Notes under the pieces: model-generated
Told to the model about the DNA's origin: nothing
Databases searched by the model: none
The model's input: only the letters and a program-made list of their open reading frames with translations
Part shown: piece by piece, positions 55,116-64,000 of the stretch
How positions within the stretch are numbered: position 1 is the stretch's first letter
Layout of the letters: every line of letters begins with the position of its first letter
Program-made: the position numbers and the translations under genes
DNA from: Ostrea edulis
Lineage: Eukaryota
Direction: 5' to 3'
Assembly: GCF_947568905.1 (NCBI RefSeq)
Contig: NC_079170.1
Coordinates: 45,694,001-45,758,000, forward strand
Length of the DNA stretch: 64,000 nucleotides

Positions 55116-57503
55116 ATGCTGCAACTACCGAGCGCAGTCCTGATTTTTGTTGGAGTTCAGCTTTTATTTGGACCTGTCCTTCAAGCAAATGTTGGAAACA
55201 GCTGCTTGGAACGGTATCCATGTCAACAAGAAAAGCACAACAGAACCATTCTGTATTGTCCGGATATTTGTGAGAAGCGGATCGACTTCGAGAAACACGG
55301 ATGCCAGAATTGCCGCTCCGAGCCCTACTGGATGTGTTCAGGTCAATATCATAGACGTGTGGACATTGAATACTTTTTTAGGGGAGGAATTGGAAAAGCC
55401 ACTTATGTTGATGATAATCATCATTTCAATATTTCTATGCTGCGACACACTGGAACCTGGTTGGCAGAAATTCCAGGAAATATATGCGACATTTTTGATC
55501 TTGTAAAAATAGATCTACGGAAGAATAGGATCAACGTTTTAAAACAGTTGGCATGTCTGAAGGTCTTGGATACTTTGATTTTGAGTCACAATCTGATCAG
55601 CTATATTTCAAATGACACATTTCTTGATATGCCGGAATTACGTGTCCTTGATTTATCAAACAACTTAATAGAATACTTAGAACCAAATTCGCTGACTGGA
55701 CCAAGTATTGGGATTATGCACATGAACTTTGATAATAATATTCTGAAAACAGTTGATGCTACGAACATTGTTTTGGAACACTCGTTTTGTACTCTCAGCT
55801 ACTCCGATAACAAGATATTCGAAATTGTGAATGAAGTTGGATGGAAATTCAACAAGACAAAGAACTATGGCTATGGAGGATACGTTGACCTCTCTACAAA
55901 TGCCTTCCAATCATGGCCGGATTTTACGATATTTGGACTCGATAACTTGAGTAATTTATACAAAATCTTTGGCTATGGATTGGATTTCAGGAATGTTAAT
56001 TTTTCGTGCGACTGCAAGATGACTCCTTTCTTGAAGCTTACTGAAGACGCAATAAGGAAAATATGGAGAGATTACTACAACGTCACGTGCTCAAATCCCG
56101 AATCCCTGAGAGGACAATCCATTCCGCAGTTAGTGCTGGACAAAAAACTGGACCTGTTCATCTGCGATATCCCGAGGGGCAATGCAGGGAGGTGTCCTGA
56201 TGGTTGTAAATGCTTCGAATTATCCTCCCAAAACGCTACCGTTGTGAACTGTTCCAATACAAATAAAACATCGCTTCCCGATCATCTTCCACGAAACCGT
56301 ACAAATTTCGTTCTTGATTTTAGCAGGAATGAGATTAAGTATCTTGAAAGCAAGTCGTATTTTGCATCTACCGTTAATCTGACGCTAGAATCAAACTCGA
56401 TTAGCGAAATCAAGTTCAATGCGTTTAAAGATGCTGAAAAAATGACGTTGTTGACCCTTAACGACAATAATGGTATATCAAATTTACCAAAATCATTGCA
56501 AAGACTTGACCCATGTCAAATATCCCTTGGCACGTTAATACTGCATTGCCACTGCGATATACTGTGGATTGCAGAGTGGGCGAATGGTCCGAAATCCTCA
56601 ATATGTGAAGGCCAGAATAACATTTCCTGCAAAACAAGTGGAGGAGAGATTTTACCAATTGCATCATGGACAAGGGAAAACTTGGAATGTCCGAACGAAA
56701 GCCAACTTACCATGTACATGTACTTTGCAGTTCTATTGGCTGTTTTATCATTTGCTGTTGGATTTACATCCTATTTGATATATCGTTTTAAGTATGAAAT
56801 ATATCTTACAATACGCCGTATAACACGGAAGAAAGAGATCCACAAAAGCAATTTTAAATACGATGTGTACATTTCTTTCAACGATAACAATAGAGCTTTA
56901 ACATCTTGGATCCGGGATGTCCTTGAAGTCGATTTCAACCTCTCCGGATATAGCGTTTTTCTTCCGTGTAGGGACCTCCCAATAGGAATGCCAATGGTGG
57001 AAGCCATTTCGGAAAATTTACATCAATGCCAAAGATTTCTATTTGTGATCGACCATGAACTGTTTTATGAGGAGGAAACGATGTTGCGTCTTCAAGAATG
57101 GAGACATGCTTGGCAAATATGTCGTGGAGACAGCCTACGCGGACTTGCCGTTGTGAATTACGACCATTTGCGAAGCGGAGATGTCTCGCAAGATCAGATT
57201 AAAGCGTTTCTGAAAGTGGGGCTAGCTATAGATTTTTCAAATAGGGAAGGAAACATTTTCGACGATATCAAAGATCGTTTGGGTTTATCTTTTCCCTCCC
57301 GAAAACGAAAGTCTATCAATCATTTTTGTGAGAAGACATTTAGAGGATGGTTTCGTCCTTGCTCTGACCAAGTTCACTCACTTGATATGCCTCATCCCAT
57401 ATTAGATTCGTCTAAACCAAAGTTTAAAACCCAAATATTAGACTTTATAAATCCTCTTGAAAGAAAGAATGACCAATGTAACAGCTTACGAGAGGATGTT
57501 TAA
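55116..57503 (+). CDS. Toll-like receptor, multiple-cysteine-cluster (protostome) type, single coding exon, ~795 aa
   Basis: Signal peptide MLQLPSAVLIFVGVQLLFGPVLQA. LRRs (LDTLILSHNLI, LRVLDLSNNLI). Internal LRRCT (FSCDC..VTCSNP) followed by LRRNT (CPDGCKC..VNCS), more LRRs and a second LRRCT (LHCHCDILW..ISC). TM YFAVLLAVLSFAVGFTSYLIY, then TIR (YDVYISF, RDLPIG). The ORF is open from 54912, but the Met at 55116 gives the signal peptide. Confidence 0.93.
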   Translation: MLQLPSAVLIFVGVQLLFGPVLQANVGNSCLERYPCQQEKHNRTILYCPDICEKRIDFEKHGCQNCRSEPYWMCSGQYHRRVDIEYFFRGGIGKATYVDDNHHFNISMLRHTGTWLAEIPGNICDIFDLVKIDLRKNRINVLKQLACLKVLDTLILSHNLISYISNDTFLDMPELRVLDLSNNLIEYLEPNSLTGPSIGIMHMNFDNNILKTVDATNIVLEHSFCTLSYSDNKIFEIVNEVGWKFNKTKNYGYGGYVDLSTNAFQSWPDFTIFGLDNLSNLYKIFGYGLDFRNVNFSCDCKMTPFLKLTEDAIRKIWRDYYNVTCSNPESLRGQSIPQLVLDKKLDLFICDIPRGNAGRCPDGCKCFELSSQNATVVNCSNTNKTSLPDHLPRNRTNFVLDFSRNEIKYLESKSYFASTVNLTLESNSISEIKFNAFKDAEKMTLLTLNDNNGISNLPKSLQRLDPCQISLGTLILHCHCDILWIAEWANGPKSSICEGQNNISCKTSGGEILPIASWTRENLECPNESQLTMYMYFAVLLAVLSFAVGFTSYLIYRFKYEIYLTIRRITRKKEIHKSNFKYDVYISFNDNNRALTSWIRDVLEVDFNLSGYSVFLPCRDLPIGMPMVEAISENLHQCQRFLFVIDHELFYEEETMLRLQEWRHAWQICRGDSLRGLAVVNYDHLRSGDVSQDQIKAFLKVGLAIDFSNREGNIFDDIKDRLGLSFPSRKRKSINHFCEKTFRGWFRPCSDQVHSLDMPHPILDSSKPKFKTQILDFINPLERKNDQCNSLREDV

Positions 57504-57547
57504 AACTGTATGTCATGGATGTGAAGGTAGTCATTAGCCCAAATAAA

Positions 57548-57755
57548 TGCTGTCTGATGTTATTCATACCGGTTGTTAGGGCATTCTTGGCACACTGATT
57601 TTGACTACGGATTACTCAGTTTACCTGATCAAGACATAGGGCTCACAGCGGGTGTGACCGGCCCACAAGGGATGCTTACTCTTTCTAGGCATGTCCAGGG
57701 GTCTGTGTTTGCCCAATTCTTCGTTTTGTATTCCTTGATTATAGGAGTTATGCAT
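57548..57755 (+). mobile_element. Penelope-like element 3' fragment just after the TLR stop
   Basis: Matches the reverse complement of the 63479-63740 family (CTGATTTTGACTACGGATTACTC..TTACCTGATCAAG..GGGCTCACAGCGGGTGTGACCGG..GGGATGCTTACTC). Followed by a SINE tail fragment (~57758-57815). Confidence 0.65.
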
Positions 57756-57842
57756 ATTGTTTAACGTCCCGCTTGAGAATGTTTCACTCACATGGAGACG
57801 TCACCACTGCCGGTGAGTAAGTCGGGTTCGGCGGAAACTTTG

Positions 57843-59467
57843 TGTAATGATCTGAAAATAAAATGGGGAAATAGGAATTTTAAGCTCATCAGAACAGTAT
57901 TTACAAACAATCTGGAAGATATCTTTATGTAATTATCAATCTAAAATCAATGCCATTAAAAAATTGCTAGGTTTGTGGACTAAACGGGATTTATCTCCAA
58001 TAGGTAAAATCACAATTATCAAAACTTTAGCACGCCCAAAGCTCATACACTTATTTTCAGCATTGCCTGACCCACCTAAAAAGTACTGGAAGAGTTGAAT
58101 AAAATATTTTTATTTGGGGATACGAGGTAGAAATGTGTTAGTATTTTAAATCTTAGAAATGTGGATTTCATTTTTCACCTATCCAAAGAAAAACTTAATG
58201 AATTTGTAAATCATACTGACAGTGTGTTTTGGAAAGATGTGTTTAAAGCTCTACCAAGAGTTAAAGAAAGCTCTCTTTCTGTTACAGATTATTTGAATTT
58301 AGATATAAGAAACTTTGTTGATGTTAAAAAATGGAATTTTAATACAAATTTGGTTGACAGAGGCATTAAGACATTGAATGACTTAGTTTTGCAGAATGGA
58401 ACATTCAAATGCTTTACTGATGTAAAAGATGTGGTTGGTACAAAGAACTTTTTGAGCTATGATTGTCTTATTTCAAAAGTACCCCCAAAAAATTAAGACA
58501 AATTGCTGATTTTAAAAACAAAATACATAATGAATTGTCGAGTCCAAATCAGTGAATTGTACAGAAAATGAACTCTAGTTTTAATGTTAAATTTTTATAT
58601 CAAGTTTTGAAGGAAAAGGAGTTCATAGCCCCAGCCCCACAACTCAAAAGAGAGAAGTGGGAAACTTATCTCAGTGAAACTATTTCAGAAAAATGTTGGG
58701 AATTTTATTATATGAATGCATCATTATGCACAAAAGAAACAAAATTAATTTATCTTCAATACCGTATTCTTATGTGTTATATAGCTACAAACTCTTTCCT
58801 TCACAAACTTAAACTTGTAGATAATGACTTGTGTTCATTTTGCAAAAGCGAAAGAGAAACAGTCACTCATATTTTTTATGACTGTGTGTGTATCTGCCTT
58901 CTGGAGAGATTTTGTGAAATGGTACAATGCATTTGAAAAAGATTATAAAATCACAAAAAGAAGTGTGTTACTAGGCAATATTGATGGAAGTTGTTTGGAA
59001 AATTTTCTTCTTTTGTTAGCAAAAAAGCACATTTATTACTCCAGATCACAGGGCTCAAAACCCAAATTGTCAGATGCAATTTTGTTTAAATACTATAGAA
59101 ATTTAGAAAAATATTGTCAAAATGTATTTCATAGCAAATCCAAAATGCTTGGTAAATGGGCATTGTATGATAATATAATGGACAAGTAGTTTATTGAAAA
59201 TCTTAATACATTTTTATATGAAAAATAAAATAATTATCTTTATCTTTGAATGTATGTGTATATATGTATGTTTATTTGTGTATGCATGTATATATTTATA
59301 TGTGTGTGTGTATGTATGTATATATTATATATATTATAGATATAATTCATTGTTATTGTTGATACAGAAGGTGCACAGAGTAATTGCAAGTGTGAATGAG
59401 CGAGTGTAGATTACAGTTTGTATGTATAAATGTGTTGAAAATACAAAAATAAAACATTTAAAAAAAT
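57843..59467 (+). pseudogene. 5'-truncated, frameshifted L1/Tx1-like LINE (RT C-terminus plus zf-RVT) with A-rich tail
   Basis: WTKRDLSPIGKITIIKTLARPKLIHLFSALPDP; SVFWKDVFKA; ETKLIYLQYRIL..IATNSFLHKLKLVDNDLCSFCKSERETVTHIFYDC; LLLAKKHIY; tail AATAAAACATTTAAAAAAA. Confidence 0.88.
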
Positions 59468-59542
59468 TCTATCAGGTAGATATCGACATTTTTTGTTTGT
59501 GTGCAATTGTTTTTAAAAGCACTTGTTCATGGAAGAGGTGCA

Positions 59543-59868
59543 TGTCTCGGAGTAGTGGAGATCTAATGTATGGACTGTGTGTTAGTGATGTGTCGGAGTA
59601 GTGGAGATCTAATGTATGGACTGTGTGTTAGTGTTGTGTCGGAGTAGTGGAGATCTAATGTATGGACTGTGTATTATAGTGTTGTCTCGGAGTAGTGGAG
59701 ATCTAATGTATGGACTGTGTGTTAGTGTTGTCTCGGAGTAGTGGAGATCTAATGTATGGACTGTGTATTATAGTGATGTCTCGGAGTAGTGGAGATCTAA
59801 TGTATGGACTGTGTATTATAGTGATGTCTCGGAGTAGTGGAGATCTAATGTATGGACTGTGTGTTCGT
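59543..59868. repeat. 46-48-bp minisatellite x7
   Basis: Unit GTCTCGGAGTAGTGGAGATCTAATGTATGGACTGTGT(G/A)TTA(TA)GTG(A/T)T. Confidence 0.95.
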
Positions 59869-60174
59869 GTTGAATACCTCCCTACTTACTACGAAACATC
59901 AATCTAATCAAAATTAAATCCTTTGATCCGCTCACCTACGATCGCTCTGTATAAATTCGAAATGAATTGTCTCATAGAACTAGTGTTATTTTCCTACTCA
60001 CCATGAAACATATGTATGTTATTTTTGTATTGCAAACCAACTCTTATTCCTGTGTGAGAATATTTTGCGATGTACGCGAGAACCTTGTTACCGCGAATAT
60101 ACGTTTAAAGAGTATCTCGATTGCATCAAGAATTCGCTGCGAAGCAGTTTAACAATGGTAAATTGCGATGAAGC

Positions 60175-60758
60175 CTATGACATGTCAAACGTTGCAATAT
60201 TTGATCTTTTCCATTTGTATTGTATAATTTTCCATTTGTATTACACTGTATTTTATTATACCGGTAGAAGGCCAATCTCTAAAGCTTACAAAAAGCGTGA
60301 AACGATTACATGAATCGATAGAGGGATGAGATAGACTGGGACTTCATACATTTCAGAGAAATTATTGCCACCAAAAAAATTATGAAAAAAGGGGGGGGGG
60401 GTAGTAATATCCATACTTCAGGTGTCTGTGGTACGTCCCCTACAGCTGGTGACGGCTAAATATAAGTGGGACCTAAACTAATGAAATCCTTCGTAACAAA
60501 TCAAAATAAACAATCCCTCGGATGTGATACAAATGAAAGATTTTGCAATGCAAATGGAAATTATACAATGCAAACGAAAAAATTGTATAATACAAATGGG
60601 AAATATAGAATACAAATGGAAAATTATACAATACAAATGGAAATTATACAATGCAAATGAAAAATTATACAATGCAAATGGAAAATATAGAATACAAATG
60701 GAAAATTATACAATATAAATGGAAAAGATCAAATATTGCAACGTTTGACATGCCATAG
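60175..60758. mobile_element. MITE with ~42-bp TIRs and subterminal 21-bp repeats (hAT-like 8-bp TSD)
   Basis: CTATGACATGTCAAACGTTGCAATATTTGATCTTTTCCATTT and its reverse complement at the right end; flanks GATGAAGC / TATGAAGT; internal AATACAAATGGAAAATTATAC repeats. Confidence 0.75.
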
Positions 60759-61040
60759 TATGAAGTCACCGCGAACAAAATTTGGTTTACAGCATTCTAT
60801 GATTTGTATTAATGGATAAAACATTCTGAACTTGTAGAGACAGCGGATACTAAATTACAGTATAACTGTTGCTGTTTTATCATGCTTCATATAATCTGTT
60901 TAAAGCACAGACAATTATATCTATTAAAGAGTAAAGGTATAGAAATGAGTTAAAAACAATTAACCAAATAGTTTATAATTCTACTCTATATTCATACATA
61001 ATCAATCTACGTTACTACAGCGATATAATTGCCTGGGGTT

Positions 61041-61400
61041 TAAAGGGCCATGGATACGATTTTTAAAAAGCTTTAAAAAATTCAAAATCTATTTTTCCAT
61101 TTTTATTGTTTATAATGTTTAACTAAAGTTTTTATAATGGTCAACCAAAATTTTAATATTAGTTTTAGAGTTAAACGTGAGATACAGCACTCACAATTCT
61201 TTGTTATAAAAACGAGGCTCGTATCATGTTTTTGTTTACATTTAGATTGCCTTATAGAAAATAGCATGTTTAAAAGAAAATGAGGTTTGCTAAACACTGG
61301 AAACTATATAATTGTGTTCAGAATTAACTTGTAAATTGAAAAATCTGCTTTAAACGAACATTAACTTGTATATCTAACCTATGTAAACAAAAACATGTCA
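61041..61400. mobile_element. Degenerate TTAA-AGG-type (Kolobok-like) MITE
   Basis: TTAAAGGGCCATGGATACGATTTT start and TGTTTACA/TGTAAACAAA subterminal motifs as in 28341-28805; right end not resolved. Confidence 0.35.
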
Positions 61401-61775
61401 CGACCCTTGTAATGTGAGCTCTGCATCTCCCATGTACCTCGAAAACTGACACTCTAATTTTTGCTGATCACTAGAATACCTTAGTTAAGCATTCTAAAAA
61501 TTAAAATTGGAAAAATAAAATTTCAAAACGACCGGCTTAAATCGCTTTAAATCTCATGATAGTTGTCAAGAGTCCAAAACCACGGCTCTCAAACGTAATG
61601 ACACACAATGTGGTAATAGAAGAATAGAAGAATGAAATAAAAGATGTTTGGCTTTAAATCATCCATGTTGCATAATATGTTAAATGATTTAGCAATGCCA
61701 AATCGATTTGATGGTATGGAAAGAAAGCACAAATATGTTTAATGCGCTGCTGAAAGGACCACTGTTGGAACACGG

Positions 61776-61798
61776 GGGGAATCCCCTGCGGACTTTCA
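61776..61798. promoter_or_regulatory. NF-kB/Rel-like site pair
   Basis: Near-palindromic GGGGAATCCCC at 61776-61786, then GGACTTTC at ~61790. Motif match only. Confidence 0.35.
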
Positions 61799-62770
61799 TG
61801 AATGAATGCCATATTGCACGGATGATCATAGCGAATTGTTGCACAACCATATAGGTAAGCATCTCTTTGATCCAGTAATCATAAACTTTTTTGACCCCAC
61901 GAAACATTAAATATCATTCAACTTTCTACTCTTTAGCACACCCATTTAATTTTACTAGTGATATCTTAAAACAAAACATGTATTGTAACTTAACACATCG
62001 ACTTGAAGACGGTATGCAGCACCTATATAATTTTTGTCTCGTACAACATGTCATGCAGAAAAAGATTCCTTCTAATCGAGAGTCAACTTAAAAGTTCTTC
62101 TTTATAATCACGGCTTTATGTTCCGTGCCTATTGTATAACTTTGGTTCATGTGTGACTAGTATTGTGAAATCGCCATACCAGACACGGACCTCGGCCGCA
62201 ATATGCTAGTATATATGGCACCCGGATAAATCCACGCTTATCTAGTTTAAAGAAAGTTATATGGAACAAGGTGATCAAAATGTAGATATACGATTTGTTT
62301 GGGTCCATAAATCGCGGTGATGCACAGTTAAGTGTCAGCGCTTAAACTAATTTACTTTATCTGCCCGAAATTTGTTCAATATCATTTTAAAAACATCGAG
62401 CTGAGATTGTAGGATGATCATGCGTGGTGCATAGCTACACTAGTGGTGGAGTATTTAATACACCTTAGTGGAAAGTTACGAGCGAAAGTCAGGATAATAT
62501 TCACTTATTTTGAATTACAGAAAGTAATCTGTTCTTCCTGTGTTTGATAAAAGAGAGTCGACGTAAGTAGTCTAAGCTAATCTTGTATTTAGAATTCACT
62601 GGGTTTTTTTTTTTTTTTTTTTTTTGCCAAAGCTTTATATATCTGTATATAAACATGTATATATAAGCACTAAAATCAACAACGATCGACACGAACAATT
62701 AGATTGTCAAACAAAGAGTAGAATATATCTATATAAAACACTGACAATGACCAGTGACACGAAAAATTAA

Positions 62771-63051
62771 GGGAGTTTCAACAGCCTCGTTTAAAGTCAG
62801 CATTTCGCAAATTCTATAATATGATCGGAATAACGATCTATTTTGCCAATGCTGTGTGTTTTCATACCAATTGTTAGGCCGTTCTGTACACTTTGAATTT
62901 GACTACGGATTATCTGATCAAGATACATAAGGCTCAAAGCGGGTGTGACCGGTCGACAGGGGATCCTTACTCTTCTTAAGTCCAGGTATCCGTAATTTTC
63001 TATTCCTTATAGGAGTTATGAGATTAATTACTGCTTGTTATCTTCACCTTT
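62771..63051 (+). mobile_element. Penelope-like element 3' fragment
   Basis: Starts with a QQPRLKSAFRKFY coding remnant and continues through the same 3' UTR to TTATCTTCACCTTT. Confidence 0.7.
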
Positions 63052-63478
63052 TCATTATTGAATTGTCAAATTGATGAACGACCTGTCCCTTCTTCAGGAC
63101 GGCTATCTATATAGATATAAACGTAATAAAATACGGATAATCAAACTAGCACTTTAACTAAACTACAAAGAACTGGAATACTGGGTGTCTATATATTGAA
63201 AATCGTCACGTTATTACAATTAAAACACGTAGACCTATTCTCCACGAGAGTCAAGGCTGGACTAAAATAAGTTAGTGCGCGAATGAAGTTTTAAAAATAA
63301 AACCAAAGAACAGATTAACGAATTAGTATGAATAAGTGGGTTATCAGCTAGTTTCAACGAAAGGGTGATATAAAAAAAATCGTACCTGGAGGTGGAAAGC
63401 TCAATTACTAGTGTCGATTGTAGAAGAAATAATTAGGGGACTAAAGTCGTACACGCCCATCCATAGATGAATACTTAT

Positions 63479-63940
63479 GAAAGGTGAATATAACGAACAG
63501 TGATCAATCTCATAAATCCCTTAAGCAATACAAAATAGATAGTTGGACAAACACGGACCCCTGGACAAACTAGAGGTGGGATCAGGTGCCTACGAGGAGT
63601 AAGCATCTCCTGTCGACCAGTCACACCCGCCGTGAGCCCTATATTTTGATCATGTAAACAGAGTTATCCGTAGTCAAAATCAGTTTGCCACGAACGGTCT
63701 AACAATCGGTATGAAACACGCCAGACAGCATTTAACCCAATGATAGGTTGTATTGACGAACTCGATCGTTATAATGACCGTAGAATTTTCGAAATGCTGA
63801 GTTCAATCGAGACTGTTGAAACCCCTGTAGCATCAACTTGTTTGTCAGTAGCTTGCCTCGATTTAAAAACTGACCATACGCAGAACATGCTCTTGCGTAT
63901 CGAATCAATTGAGAGATATAAACACCATATGCTGGTGAAT
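63479..63940 (-). mobile_element. Penelope-like retroelement 3' fragment with RT thumb and 3' UTR
   Basis: Minus-strand translation SPAYGVYISQLIRYARACSAYGQFLNRGKLLTNKLMLQGFQQSRLNSAFRKFYGHYNDRVRQYNLSLG*; GVYISQLIRYARAC is a PLE RT-thumb signature. Confidence 0.8.
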
Positions 63941-64000
63941 ACTTATCTCAGACGGTTGAGAAAAGGGAAACAGAAGGCATACATAAATCACTCAAAGCAG

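Noticed and set aside
59543-59868. Regularly spaced repeats superficially like a CRISPR array
   Set aside because: No unique spacers, no cas genes, eukaryotic context: a minisatellite.
60466-60718. Three ~64-aa ORFs with MEIIQ/YTIQM repeats
   Set aside because: Translation of 21-bp subterminal repeats of the MITE at 60175-60758.

Overview
AT-rich animal genomic DNA, most likely from an ostreid oyster (inferred from a 166-bp Cg170-like satellite inside a Helentron-type element and from oyster-type SINE and Penelope-like repeats). I reconstructed four host genes by hand. CCDC146 (-, 17 coding exons, 958 aa) is head-to-head with RUVBL1 (+, 10 exons, 456 aa). RUVBL1 is tail-to-tail with SEC61A (-, 13 exons, 476 aa), the same neighbour pair and orientation as in human. 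A single-exon multi-cysteine-cluster Toll-like receptor (+, ~795 aa) lies further right. A young, intact Ty3/Gypsy LTR retrotransposon sits just upstream of the CCDC146 start exon (1307-aa gag-pol, 232-bp LTRs with 1 mismatch, GTAAT TSD, tRNA-Ser PBS); its 5' LTR alone carries a 65-bp duplication of the LTR end. The rest is dense in non-autonomous elements (nested Harbinger-, MULE-, hAT- and Kolobok-like MITEs, HINEs, tRNA-SINEs, L2, Tx1/L1 and Penelope-like fragments), fold-back repeats and minisatellites. Several minisatellites start at, or copy, 5' splice sites of the conserved genes. There is one 157-N assembly gap. No CRISPR, rRNA or bona fide tRNA genes were seen. All calls are by eye; no database searches were run.
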